From the NCBI GenBank assembly GCA_965212595.1, contig CBDBVE010000009.1:295939-319938 (forward strand): a stretch of DNA of 24,000 nucleotides, given 5' to 3'. The notes below the pieces were generated by a model. That model worked only from the letters and a program-made list of their open reading frames with translations. It was not told where the DNA came from and did no database searches. This DNA comes from Flavobacteriaceae bacterium. Its GTDB lineage: Bacteria > Bacteroidota > Bacteroidia > Flavobacteriales > Flavobacteriaceae. Positions 1-10,628 of the stretch are shown here, piece by piece. A program made the position numbers and the translations under genes. Numbering within the stretch: the stretch's first letter is position 1; each line of letters opens with the position of its first letter.

Positions 1-1
1 T

Positions 2-67
2 GAAGTCCCTGACGAAGAGGAGAAAAAGCTCCAACTCGAAATTTTCTTTACCCAGACCGATAATTAA
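2..67 (+). CDS. 3' end of an unidentified CDS that runs off the left edge
   Basis: Frame 2 is open from the window edge to TAA at 65-67 (...EVPDEEEKKLQLEIFFTQTDN*). Frame 3 is also open, to 69-71, so the frame choice is uncertain. 21 aa is too few to recognise a family. Confidence 0.2.
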   Translation, partial: EVPDEEEKKLQLEIFFTQTDN

Positions 68-143
68 GTAAGGGCCATATACGACCTTAAAGAAATAGGC
101 GTTATATTTTCGGTGACCGCAGAAAAAAGTGGTTTACTTCTTG

Positions 144-151
144 TAAATTTG
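144..151 (+). promoter_or_regulatory. Bacteroidetes-type -7 promoter box (TAAATTTG) for glmS
   Basis: Perfect match to the TAnnTTTG -7 consensus, about 33 nt upstream of the glmS ATG. No SD-like sequence precedes the ATG. Confidence 0.45.
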
Positions 152-183
152 TACATCTTATAAACAAACCCTTATTAGTACCT

Positions 184-2031
184 ATGTGCGGAATAGTAGG
201 ATACATCGGGCACAGAGATGCCTATCCGATCATCATAAAAGGATTACAAAGATTGGAATACCGGGGGTATGACAGCGCCGGAATTGCCATTTATGACGGT
301 ACCTCAATTAACCTTTCAAAAACGAAAGGAAAGGTAGAAGATCTGAAGAACAAGTCTGAAAAGAGTATTTCACTTGACGGGACACTAGGGATTGGGCATA
401 CCAGATGGGCTACTCATGGGGTGCCCAATGATGTAAATTCGCATCCCCACTATTCTAATTCGGGAGATTTAGTGATCATTCACAACGGGATAATCGAGAA
501 TTACGAGTCTATCAAAAAAGAGCTTACAAAACGAGGCTACGTTTTTGAATCAGATACGGATACCGAAGTATTGGTGAACCTGATCGAAGAGGTAAAAAAG
601 AAAGAAAATGTAAAGCTTGGCAAAGCCGTGCAGATTGCTTTGAACCAGGTGGTAGGAGCTTATGCCATTGCTGTTTTTGATAAACAGAAACCCGACGAAA
701 TTGTGGTGGCTAAATTGGGTAGTCCGCTTGCTATTGGAATAGGAGAAAAAGAGTTTTTTATCGCGTCTGACGCCTCTCCGTTTATCGAGTTTACAAACAA
801 TGCCGTATACCTTGAGGATGAGGAAATGGCTATTGTAAGGCTCGGAAAAGAGATAAAGCTGAGAAAAATTAAAGATGACGCTGTTGCTTACCCTTTGGTA
901 CAAGAGCTTCAAATGAACCTCGAGGAAATTGAAAAAGGAGGATACGACCATTTTATGCTCAAAGAAATCTATGAGCAGCCAAGAGCTATAAAAGATACCT
1001 ACAGAGGAAGACTTCTTGCCGATCAGGGGATCATTAAAATGGCAGGGATTGATCAGAACTTAGAGAAATTTATGAATGCCAATAGGATTATTATTGTAGC
1101 CTGTGGTACTTCATGGCATGCCGGTTTGGTAGCCGAATACATTTTTGAAGATCTGGCGAGAATTCCTGTAGAGGTAGAATACGCCTCAGAATTTCGATAT
1201 AGAAATCCGGTCATTACAGATAAAGATGTTCTTATCGCGATTTCGCAATCAGGAGAAACCGCCGATACCTTGGCCGCTATAAAACTGGCAAAAGAACGGG
1301 GGGCTTTCGTGTTTGGAGTCTGTAATGTGGTAGGGTCTTCTATAGCCCGTGAAACCCATGCAGGAGCCTATACACATGCCGGTCCGGAAATTGGGGTGGC
1401 ATCTACGAAAGCATTTACAACACAGATAACAGTGCTCACCTTACTGGCCCTGAAACTAGCTAAAGAAAGAGGCGTGTTTTCAGAATCAAGTTTTCATGAG
1501 TTTTTAAGCGAACTGGAGAATATACCTAACAAAGTCGAAAAAGCGCTGGAGTCTAACCCACTTATCGAAATCATTTCGGAAGCGTATAAAGATTCAGATA
1601 ATTGCCTTTATCTTGGAAGGGGGTATAATTTCCCCGTAGCGCTTGAAGGGGCCTTAAAGCTAAAGGAGATAAGTTATATCCATGCTGAAGGCTACCCCGC
1701 TGCAGAAATGAAACACGGGCCCATCGCCCTGATAGACGAGCAAATGCCGGTTATCGTTATTGCTACCAAAAAAGGACACTACGAAAAGGTAGTTAGCAAC
1801 ATTCAGGAAATAAAAACCAGGAAAGGCAAAATTATCGCCGTGGTAACCGAAGGAGATGAGCAGGTAAGAGACCTGGCAGACCATGTTATTGAAATTCCTG
1901 AGACCATAGAACCCTTAACACCTCTCTTAACTACCATACCACTTCAGTTACTTTCTTATCATATCGCAGTCTTAAGAGGTTGTAATGTAGATCAGCCTAG
2001 AAATCTTGCAAAATCAGTTACCGTAGAATAA
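184..2031 (+). CDS. glmS: glutamine--fructose-6-phosphate aminotransferase (isomerising)
   Basis: 615-aa ORF. It has the N-terminal MCGIVGY nucleophile-Cys glutaminase start, two SIS domains (SQSGETADT, GVASTKAFT) and the canonical C-terminal ...NLAKSVTVE. Confidence 0.97.
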   Translation: MCGIVGYIGHRDAYPIIIKGLQRLEYRGYDSAGIAIYDGTSINLSKTKGKVEDLKNKSEKSISLDGTLGIGHTRWATHGVPNDVNSHPHYSNSGDLVIIHNGIIENYESIKKELTKRGYVFESDTDTEVLVNLIEEVKKKENVKLGKAVQIALNQVVGAYAIAVFDKQKPDEIVVAKLGSPLAIGIGEKEFFIASDASPFIEFTNNAVYLEDEEMAIVRLGKEIKLRKIKDDAVAYPLVQELQMNLEEIEKGGYDHFMLKEIYEQPRAIKDTYRGRLLADQGIIKMAGIDQNLEKFMNANRIIIVACGTSWHAGLVAEYIFEDLARIPVEVEYASEFRYRNPVITDKDVLIAISQSGETADTLAAIKLAKERGAFVFGVCNVVGSSIARETHAGAYTHAGPEIGVASTKAFTTQITVLTLLALKLAKERGVFSESSFHEFLSELENIPNKVEKALESNPLIEIISEAYKDSDNCLYLGRGYNFPVALEGALKLKEISYIHAEGYPAAEMKHGPIALIDEQMPVIVIATKKGHYEKVVSNIQEIKTRKGKIIAVVTEGDEQVRDLADHVIEIPETIEPLTPLLTTIPLQLLSYHIAVLRGCNVDQPRNLAKSVTVE

Positions 2032-2057
2032 CAGAAATAGGCTAAGAAATAGCAAAA

Positions 2058-2088
2058 GGGAAGGTGTTAAAATGCCTGCCCTTTTTTT
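2058..2088 (+). terminator. Probable intrinsic terminator after glmS
   Basis: GGGAAGG (2058-2064) pairs with CCTGCCC (2075-2081) with one mismatch, followed by T7 (2082-2088). Confidence 0.5.
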
Positions 2089-2239
2089 ATTTTATTGCAA
2101 AAATCTAATTTTCTGGCACGCTATTTTATCAATATAATACTATGCATGCATAATTTTTTTTGATTTTGCATACTGGATTTAAAAAAATCGGTATCTTGCC
2201 GGTGACTTGGTAACTAACTTAACTCAAATTAAGACTAGA

Positions 2240-4990
2240 ATGAAAAAGCTAATCTTTTTATCCTTCCTTTTGTTAGGAATGGGTACCTATGCACAGACGG
2301 TAGTCAGCGGAAACGTTGTGGATGAGAATGGAAGTCCGGTTCCTGGAGCTAACATTGTTATCGTAGGAAAAGCTATTGGTGCTACAACTGATTTTGATGG
2401 AAATTTTACATTAGAAACGTCAGAAGTTCCTCCATTTACCTTAAGAATTACAAGTATTGGGTTTTCTGAGGCGACGGCCGAAGTTACAGAAAACAACCAA
2501 ACGCTATCCATTACGATGGCTGAGACTCAGACCTTCCTGGATGAGGTTGTAATTTCAGCTTCCCGAACACCTGAGCGAATTTTCGAATCCCCAGTTTCGG
2601 TAGAACGGTTTGGACTTAAAGAAATTAAAAATACAACAGCAGAATCCTTCTATGGAGGGTTGCAGAACCTGAAGGGGGTTGATATAAACACCAACAGTTT
2701 AACCTTCCAGTCTATAAACACAAGAGGATTTGCCACCTTTGCCAATACGCGTTTTCTACAATTGGTTGACGGGATGGACAATTCTGCTCCTGGACTAAAT
2801 TTTGTTCTAGGTAACCTGGTGGGGATGTCAGAACTTGAAGTTCAGAGTGTTGAGATCTTACCGGGTGCTTCTTCTGCACTTTATGGAGCGGGTGCCTTTA
2901 ACGGGATCTTGTTCATGAACAGTAAAAACCCTTTTGACTATCAGGGAATTAGTGCCTATTTTAAAACTGGAATTACTTCTCAAGAGGCGGCGGGAGACAA
3001 CAACTACTACGATCTGGGGATCAGAGCAGCCCACGCATTTAATGAAAAATTGGCAATTAAAGCTAACTTCTCTTATTTAAAAGGTGAAGATTGGCATGCC
3101 ACTAGTATTGATGATATTCTTAACCCCGGAAGGGATAGATCCAATCCTGCCTATGATGGTTTAAATATCTACGGGGACGAAGTTGGAACACTTTTAAATT
3201 TTGATGCCGCAGCCGGACTGCCATCAGGAACGGTTGGCCAGGCCTTTGTTACAAGAACAGGATATGATGAACGTGACCTGGTTAACTACAATGCCGAAAG
3301 TGTAAAGACAGACTTCTCTATCCATTACAAACCCTTTGCAGACGATTTTGAGATCATTTACAACGGGAGAGTAGGACGTGGTAACACTATATATCAAGGG
3401 GCAAACCGCTATTCGGTTAAAAACTTCATCTTACAGCAACACCGAATAGAACTTAGAAATAACAACTTTTTCTTAAGAGGTTATATCACCACAGAAGGCT
3501 CAGGAGATTCTTATGATACCAGATTTACAGGGATTAACATCAACCGCTCCTGGAAATCAGATACCCAATGGTTTACAGAATATGCTCAGACCTTTATAGG
3601 CGCCAGACTAGGAGTTGGTACTGGAGTAATGCTTCCTGAAGATCAGGCTCATGCCGCTGCCCGTGCAGCAGCTGATACGGGTAGGTTGATTCCGGGGACT
3701 CCACAGTTTCAATCAGCATTTAACCGAGTTACCTCCGATGGCGACCTTAATACAGGATCAAAGTTTATCGACAATACTAAATTTCGTCATGTAGACGCGA
3801 ACTATAATTTTAGCCACCTAACCAGTAATATTGCAGACATTCAGGTAGGAGGTTCTTTCAGAGAATACGAGCTAAATTCCTCGGGGACCATTTTTACTGA
3901 TTTTGACGGCCCAATCACTTATGATGAATTCGGAGCCTATTTGCAGGTCCAAAAGAAGTTACTTGATGAGCGACTTAAATTTACGGGATCTGTAAGGTAT
4001 GATAAGAACGAGTTCTTCGATGGGTTTTTCTCACCAAGACTCTCCTTGCTATATAATTTTGGCGAAAAGCGCAACCAGAATTTCAGGATCTCTGTACAAC
4101 AAGGTTTTAGAAACCCAACAACACAAGATTTATTTATAGGCCTCAATGTTGGTAGGGCAATTCTCGTAGGCTCGGCTCCCGATAATCTGGACAGGGATGT
4201 TAGAACCTACACCTTAAGCCCAACAGGTGCTGCAACAATCGGAGCCTCAACAGTTGATGTTGTAGGTAGGGCGGCATATGAAAATGCCTTTTCACTAGCT
4301 TCGGTAAACGCCGGTACACCAACCGCGGTAACGACTCCCATCGTAAAGCCGGAAGAGATTACCGCCTATGAGGCAGGCTACAGAGCACAATTTGGTAAAG
4401 TGGCTATAGACCTTAGCGGTTACTACAATAGGTATAAGAATTTTATTTCCAATACAACGGTCGTAGTGCCTTTCTATGGACAGGCCGGGGATGGCGCCTT
4501 ATCATTGCTGGCACTTCAAAATGGCGACTTTTTTGCCTATCAAACCTACACCAATTCATTGGCAGACATTGAGTCTTATGGGGGTACTATTGGGATAGAT
4601 GCTAAGATCTTTGGAAACTTCGATATTGGTGCCAATTACACCTATGCTGATTTGGAGTTCAACCAGGCTGCTTTCCCTGATTTCAGAACCAACTTTAACA
4701 CACCTAATCACAAGTTTAAGGCATCTTTTGGAAATACCGAATTGTTTGAGAACTTCGGCTTCAATCTAAATTACAGATGGAGCGATAGCTATTTCTGGCA
4801 AGCTACCTTTGCCGACGGCAATATTGATTCTTATAGCGTGCTGGATGCCCAGATCAACTATTCTGTACCCAGTATTAAATCTGTTTTTAAGGCAGGAGGT
4901 TCTAATATTCTCGGCGAAGAATATTTCTCTGCAGTAGGTACAGGTGCGGTAGGATCAATTTTCTATGTATCATGGACGGTTAATCCTTAA
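2240..4990 (+). CDS. TonB-dependent outer-membrane receptor with N-terminal carboxypeptidase-regulatory-like domain
   Basis: The long ORF starts at TTG 2207 in the track. ATG 2240 gives a clean signal peptide (MKKLIFLSFLLLGMGTYAQ). This is followed by a CarboxypepD_reg-like segment (VSGNVVDENGSPVPGANIVIVG...TDFDGNFTL), a plug (ISASRTPERIFESPVSVERF) and a long beta-barrel rich in aromatic/Gly/Asn repeats. No SusD-like partner lies downstream. Confidence 0.88.
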   Translation: MKKLIFLSFLLLGMGTYAQTVVSGNVVDENGSPVPGANIVIVGKAIGATTDFDGNFTLETSEVPPFTLRITSIGFSEATAEVTENNQTLSITMAETQTFLDEVVISASRTPERIFESPVSVERFGLKEIKNTTAESFYGGLQNLKGVDINTNSLTFQSINTRGFATFANTRFLQLVDGMDNSAPGLNFVLGNLVGMSELEVQSVEILPGASSALYGAGAFNGILFMNSKNPFDYQGISAYFKTGITSQEAAGDNNYYDLGIRAAHAFNEKLAIKANFSYLKGEDWHATSIDDILNPGRDRSNPAYDGLNIYGDEVGTLLNFDAAAGLPSGTVGQAFVTRTGYDERDLVNYNAESVKTDFSIHYKPFADDFEIIYNGRVGRGNTIYQGANRYSVKNFILQQHRIELRNNNFFLRGYITTEGSGDSYDTRFTGININRSWKSDTQWFTEYAQTFIGARLGVGTGVMLPEDQAHAAARAAADTGRLIPGTPQFQSAFNRVTSDGDLNTGSKFIDNTKFRHVDANYNFSHLTSNIADIQVGGSFREYELNSSGTIFTDFDGPITYDEFGAYLQVQKKLLDERLKFTGSVRYDKNEFFDGFFSPRLSLLYNFGEKRNQNFRISVQQGFRNPTTQDLFIGLNVGRAILVGSAPDNLDRDVRTYTLSPTGAATIGASTVDVVGRAAYENAFSLASVNAGTPTAVTTPIVKPEEITAYEAGYRAQFGKVAIDLSGYYNRYKNFISNTTVVVPFYGQAGDGALSLLALQNGDFFAYQTYTNSLADIESYGGTIGIDAKIFGNFDIGANYTYADLEFNQAAFPDFRTNFNTPNHKFKASFGNTELFENFGFNLNYRWSDSYFWQATFADGNIDSYSVLDAQINYSVPSIKSVFKAGGSNILGEEYFSAVGTGAVGSIFYVSWTVNP

Positions 4991-5015
4991 AAACCCTTAG
5001 AAAGACATATAGAAA

Positions 5016-5042
5016 GGCGCCTCAACAGAGGCGCTTTTTTTT
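5016..5042 (+). terminator. Intrinsic terminator after the TonB-dependent receptor
   Basis: GCGCCTC (5017-5023), AACA loop, GAGGCGC (5028-5034), then T8. Confidence 0.8.
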
Positions 5043-5089
5043 ATACAAAAAAACCAGGGGAAAGCATTCTTATTTACAATGTAATCACC

Positions 5090-5097
5090 TATCTTTG
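5090..5097 (+). promoter_or_regulatory. Bacteroidetes-type -7 promoter box (TATCTTTG) for atpDC
   Basis: Perfect TAnnTTTG, downstream of the preceding terminator and about 83 nt upstream of the atpD ATG. Confidence 0.5.
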
Positions 5098-5173
5098 CAG
5101 CCGGAAAAAACAAAGATTATACACTCTTTTTAAGTGTGTTACCAAAAAGCTCGAATCCAAAAAAATAAATTAA

Positions 5174-6688
<1,515 letters not shown>

Positions 6689-6712
6689 TTAGCAATTAAC
6701 AATAAATAATTT

Positions 6713-6991
6713 ATGTACCTAGAGATTGTATCACCAGAAGCCACCTTGTTTGCCGGAGAGGTTAACTCTGTTACCGTGCCAGGTGTTGATGGGGAGTTTC
6801 AAATGCTCAACAATCACGCCCCAATTGTTTCGCTATTGAAGGAAGGTAAAGTGAAATTTGATGGAGAAGTTACGATTGAAGAAGAGTATGAGGACAAGTT
6901 TTCCACCGATGAAAAAGGGAAAAAAGTGCTTGATATTCAGAGCGGCACCGTGGAAATGAATAACAATAAGGTAATTGTATTGGCAGACTAG
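6713..6991 (+). CDS. atpC: F0F1 ATP synthase subunit epsilon (short form, beta-sandwich domain only)
   Basis: 92-aa ORF 24 nt after atpD. The N-terminal pattern (LEIVSPE...F.GEV..V.VPG..GEF..L..HAP) is typical of epsilon. The C-terminal helical hairpin is absent. Confidence 0.85.
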   Translation: MYLEIVSPEATLFAGEVNSVTVPGVDGEFQMLNNHAPIVSLLKEGKVKFDGEVTIEEEYEDKFSTDEKGKKVLDIQSGTVEMNNNKVIVLAD

Positions 6992-7010
6992 CCAATTGAG
7001 ATATTTTTTT

Positions 7011-7040
7011 AACCCTCTGAAGAAATTCAGAGGGTTTTTT
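7011..7040 (+). terminator. Intrinsic terminator after atpC
   Basis: AACCCTCTGA (7011-7020), AGAAAT loop, TCAGAGGGTT (7027-7036), running into a T tract. The T tract overlaps the stop codon of the convergent GNAT gene. Confidence 0.8.
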
Positions 7041-7572
7041 ATTTCATATAGATTAGATGCCAAAGCTTCCCATCCGCTTCATAGGTAAGCAGATCTTCAA
7101 AACCCACAGCATAATGAGCTGCTAGAGAGCGCTTATTGTTAGCGTCAACCTCGGTGATAATACTTGTATATTCTATATTGGTTTCCGCCTTCATAAAAGC
7201 ATAGAGGTTCCTGAAAATGCCTTGCCTCCTATAGGCTTTATCAATGCAAATTTGCCCCATGACAATATAGGATTCGCTTTTCGGAACCTCGCTTTTAATC
7301 TTTGCAAACATTGGCTTTAGCACCTCTATTTCTTTGGCAAAAGACGGATGCATACAAAGCGCATAACCTACTACCTTTCCATCAACTTTGGCAATCACAT
7401 GTGGGCAAAGAGTATTCATTCTAGTCAACAAGGCTTTAGAATGTACTACGGTCAAGAACCCTTCCTTGCTTTTCTCATCCTCGGAAATACTTTCAGGCAA
7501 ATTACGCCTTTGAAGCACTAAAATTTGTTCCAGCTCTTTGTTAGATTTCGCTCTGCTGTAACGGATTTCCAT
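7039..7572 (-). CDS. GNAT family N-acetyltransferase
   Basis: 177 aa. Acetyl-CoA-binding motif region IDKAYRRQGIFRNLY (R/Q-x-x-G-x-G/A type). The start overlaps the upstream gene's stop. Confidence 0.75.
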   Translation of the reverse strand: MEIRYSRAKSNKELEQILVLQRRNLPESISEDEKSKEGFLTVVHSKALLTRMNTLCPHVIAKVDGKVVGYALCMHPSFAKEIEVLKPMFAKIKSEVPKSESYIVMGQICIDKAYRRQGIFRNLYAFMKAETNIEYTSIITEVDANNKRSLAAHYAVGFEDLLTYEADGKLWHLIYMK

Positions 7573-9380
7573 TAGTCCACTTTTAGCCAGGCCCTCCTGC
7601 TTTGCTTTTGTTTTTCGGAGATTTTACTTCCTTCTTTTTCCTGAAGCTCAATCTGGTAGCGTTCGTTTTCACCTAATTTCAAGTTTGTTGTTCGTTCTTC
7701 TTCATAGCGGGTGAAGATGACCTCTATCTGGTCGCCCACTTTAAATTGTTTTATTAAATCTGCGAAATTTTGATCCTTTTTAATCAGCGCTCCATTAATG
7801 CTCTTGATAATGTCTTTCTTGTCTAAGCCTGCCTCATAGGCTGGCCCGCCCAGGGTAGTATTTCGCTGAATTATTGCCTTAGCTTCATCTTCTACAGATA
7901 CAAAAGCCCCAAAATAGGGAACGGATAGATCTTGTTTTAGAACAACCCCAACACTTTGGAAGAGGGCCACATAATCTGGCATTTTACTATTGTAGATGTA
8001 GTCATTGAAAAAACGATCTCCAAAAGCCTTGCCTGCATAAGAATTAAGCGCATTATGCAAATCAGTAATGGAATACGGTTTCTCGTTTTTTCCAAATTCA
8101 TGCCATAGCTTTTTCATATAATCATCAAGATTTAAACCCTTCGCTCTAAGAGATAAGTCTAATGCCAGGCCAAGAACACTCCCATAGGAGTAATACGATA
8201 TAAACGTATTATTGCGGTTAACAGGGTCTACCGAAGTGGCGGCATCCACAAAAGGAGCTTGATAGCTCATTTCTATAGGGTTAAAAAAACGCCTTCCAGG
8301 TGAATTCCATACATAATTAAAAGTTCCTGAAAGCCCTTCCACATATTGTTCAGGTGTTCTAATCCCTGCCCGGCACAGGATCAACCCTGTATAATAGCTG
8401 GTAAAACCTTCGGCAAACCAAAGTTCACCGCTCATATTGGCCTCCGTAAAATCAAATGGCTCTAAAGACCTTGGCCTTATTCGTTCCACGTTCCAGGCAT
8501 GAAAAAACTCGTGTGAAACAGTCCCGATATTCCGCTCCATTCCCCCCTCGGCCAAACTTCTCCTACTAGTGAGAATCGTAGAGTTCCTGTGCTCCATACC
8601 GTCTCCTGAAGCATTTGGGACATAGCAGGCGAGAAATACGTATTTGCCATAGTCAAAATCCGGGAGTTCACCGTAGACCTCTTGTTCGGCCAGAACAATT
8701 TTTTTTACGCTTTCAAAATAAGTGTCCAACTCCTCTTCCGAGCCGTTATGATGCAGTGCAAGCTGAATTTTATAGGTTTTTTGATTTGCAGACGTTACTT
8801 CAAATTCCCTCAGTCCAAAATCACTGATCTCTACCGGACTATCCATAAAATAGAAAAGATCCGGAGCCTTATAGGTAGTGCCACTTACCAGTGGCAATTG
8901 GGTGGCTATTTTCCAGTTTAAGTCTTCTCTGGTCTGGAACTTTACCTCTATGTTTCGCTTACTTAGCGAAGGAGAAAACATAAAGGTGGCAGGAATATTT
9001 AGGTGCGCATGTGTTTCATCTATTTGCGAATAGGTACCATCGCCTCTATTTGCGAAAAGCGTATAACTAAAACTAACGCTTCCATCATGACCCACAACCA
9101 GCCATTGATAGGGGTCAGGACGAAGTACCTCTAAAGAATTTCCTTTGCTGTCATATGCTTTAAAATTGTAAACGTTTTTGGCAAATTCGTGCAGGGCGTA
9201 ACGGCCCGGAGACGTTCTACTCATACGAAGGGCTAAGGTGTCCGATTCCAGTTCCTGAAAAGTGGCTTCAATGCTCGCCTCATGATGAACGGCGTTCTCA
9301 AAAGAGATTTTATAAGTATTGGTCTGACCTGCAAGGGAGATCGAAAAAATCGCCATCAGGAAAAAGATAGAAACACGCAT
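7572..9380 (-). CDS. M61 family (glycyl aminopeptidase-like) zinc metallopeptidase with C-terminal PDZ domain, secreted
   Basis: HEFFHAWNVERIRP carries the HExxH zinc motif. The C-terminus has a PDZ-like segment (GGPAYEAGLDKKDIIKSINGALI). ATG 9380 gives the signal peptide MRVSIFFLMAIFSISLAGQ and removes the overlap with bioF that the track start (9470) would create. Confidence 0.85.
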   Translation of the reverse strand: MRVSIFFLMAIFSISLAGQTNTYKISFENAVHHEASIEATFQELESDTLALRMSRTSPGRYALHEFAKNVYNFKAYDSKGNSLEVLRPDPYQWLVVGHDGSVSFSYTLFANRGDGTYSQIDETHAHLNIPATFMFSPSLSKRNIEVKFQTREDLNWKIATQLPLVSGTTYKAPDLFYFMDSPVEISDFGLREFEVTSANQKTYKIQLALHHNGSEEELDTYFESVKKIVLAEQEVYGELPDFDYGKYVFLACYVPNASGDGMEHRNSTILTSRRSLAEGGMERNIGTVSHEFFHAWNVERIRPRSLEPFDFTEANMSGELWFAEGFTSYYTGLILCRAGIRTPEQYVEGLSGTFNYVWNSPGRRFFNPIEMSYQAPFVDAATSVDPVNRNNTFISYYSYGSVLGLALDLSLRAKGLNLDDYMKKLWHEFGKNEKPYSITDLHNALNSYAGKAFGDRFFNDYIYNSKMPDYVALFQSVGVVLKQDLSVPYFGAFVSVEDEAKAIIQRNTTLGGPAYEAGLDKKDIIKSINGALIKKDQNFADLIKQFKVGDQIEVIFTRYEEERTTNLKLGENERYQIELQEKEGSKISEKQKQSRRAWLKVD

Positions 9381-9431
9381 GATCGTTAAAGGTTTTGAAG
9401 AACCAATATACCATTTAAAAACAGGAAATAC

Positions 9432-9439
9432 TACATTTG
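9432..9439 (+). promoter_or_regulatory. Bacteroidetes-type -7 promoter box (TACATTTG) immediately before the bioF ATG
   Basis: Perfect TAnnTTTG ending 4 nt before ATG 9444. This implies a leaderless or near-leaderless bioF mRNA if the box is used. Confidence 0.4.
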
Positions 9440-9443
9440 CCAT

Positions 9444-10628
9444 ATGGCCAACCTCCCCAGAAAGTTGCAAAAAAAACTTAGCGAACGCGATACGAATAAT
9501 GCGCTTCGAAGGATGTATATTCCCGATGGTTTGGTTGACTTTTCATCAAACGATTATCTGGGATTGGCTCAAAACAAGGCCCTGTTCAAATCCACCTCCG
9601 AGATACTTAAAGCCAGAGGCATTCAACACAACGGAGCTACCGGGTCCAGACTACTATCTGGGAATAGTATGCTATACAGGGAAACCGAAGAGTTTCTAAA
9701 ACAGTTTTACAAAGCCCCTTCTGCCTTGGTCTATAATTCTGGTTATGATGCTAATTTGGGTTTCTTTTCTGCCGTTCCACAGCGAAACGACTATATTTTC
9801 TACGATGAATTGGCACATGCAAGTATCAGAGATGGTATTAAACTGAGTAATGCCAAAAGCTATAAGTTTGAGCATAATAATATTGAGGATCTGGAACGGA
9901 AAATTTCTCGCTCTTTTGGAGCGCAGTCAAGAACTGAGGAGAGCGAGGTATACATTGTTACCGAATCTGTTTTCTCGATGGACGGAGACTCCCCGGAACT
10001 TGCCGACCTTATAAATTTCTGCACAAAAAACAACTTTCACCTCATAGTGGATGAAGCACATGCCGTGGGTGTTTTTGGAGCCCATGGAGAGGGGCTTTTA
10101 CCTCAGTTGCAGTTGGAAAACTCTGTATTCGCGAGGATAGTAACTTTTGGGAAAGCAGCGGGAGTACATGGCGCCGCAATTTTGGGATCAGAAGCCCTTA
10201 TGACTTTTTTAATCAATTTTACCAGAAGCTTTATTTACAGCACCGGCCTACCACCACATTCATTGGCTGCGATTCTAGCGGCTCATGAGGCCCTAAAAGG
10301 AACGGAAGCAGAAGAATTGCGAACAAGGCTTACCGAAAATTGTATGCTTTTTCAGGAACAGCTTAATACCAGAAACCTAAAGCCGTATTTTATTAAAAGC
10401 GATTCGGCCATACAGTCTTGCATAATCCCAACCAACGACCGGGTTAAAAATGTGGCGGAGAAACTCCAAGCGCTGAAATTCGATGTGCGACCCATACTTT
10501 CACCTACAGTTCCCCAGGGTTTTGAACGTCTTCGTTTTTGTCTTCATAGCTTCAATAGCAAGAAGGAAATCAGTGAGGTTTTGGCTATCTTGGCAGTATT
10601 ATTACAAGCCGACTTAAATGGGAAATGA
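9444..10628 (+). CDS. bioF: 8-amino-7-oxononanoate synthase
   Basis: 394 aa. Alpha-oxoamine synthase fold markers are SNDYLGL, DEAHAVGVFG, FSMDGD and the PLP-lysine context TFGKAAG. Sits in a bio gene neighbourhood. Confidence 0.92.
   Translation: MANLPRKLQKKLSERDTNNALRRMYIPDGLVDFSSNDYLGLAQNKALFKSTSEILKARGIQHNGATGSRLLSGNSMLYRETEEFLKQFYKAPSALVYNSGYDANLGFFSAVPQRNDYIFYDELAHASIRDGIKLSNAKSYKFEHNNIEDLERKISRSFGAQSRTEESEVYIVTESVFSMDGDSPELADLINFCTKNNFHLIVDEAHAVGVFGAHGEGLLPQLQLENSVFARIVTFGKAAGVHGAAILGSEALMTFLINFTRSFIYSTGLPPHSLAAILAAHEALKGTEAEELRTRLTENCMLFQEQLNTRNLKPYFIKSDSAIQSCIIPTNDRVKNVAEKLQALKFDVRPILSPTVPQGFERLRFCLHSFNSKKEISEVLAILAVLLQADLNGK

Noticed and set aside
68-183. Possible glmS ribozyme/riboswitch in the glmS leader
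   Set aside because: The whole intergenic region is only about 115 nt and contains a promoter box at 144-151, which leaves a leader of about 30 nt. That is far too short for the roughly 170-nt glmS ribozyme, which is in any case mainly a Firmicutes element.
2089-2239. Cobalamin or TPP riboswitch ahead of the TonB-dependent receptor
   Set aside because: I could find neither a B12-box-like GCCACTG core nor a TPP CUGAGA motif. The region is too AT-rich and too short for these aptamers.
9381-9470. N-terminal extension of the M61 peptidase (track start 9470) and the + strand ORF 9379-9699
   Set aside because: The extension would overlap the bioF start and its promoter, and it precedes a perfect signal peptide beginning at ATG 9380. 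ORF 9379-9699 is an out-of-frame shadow of bioF.
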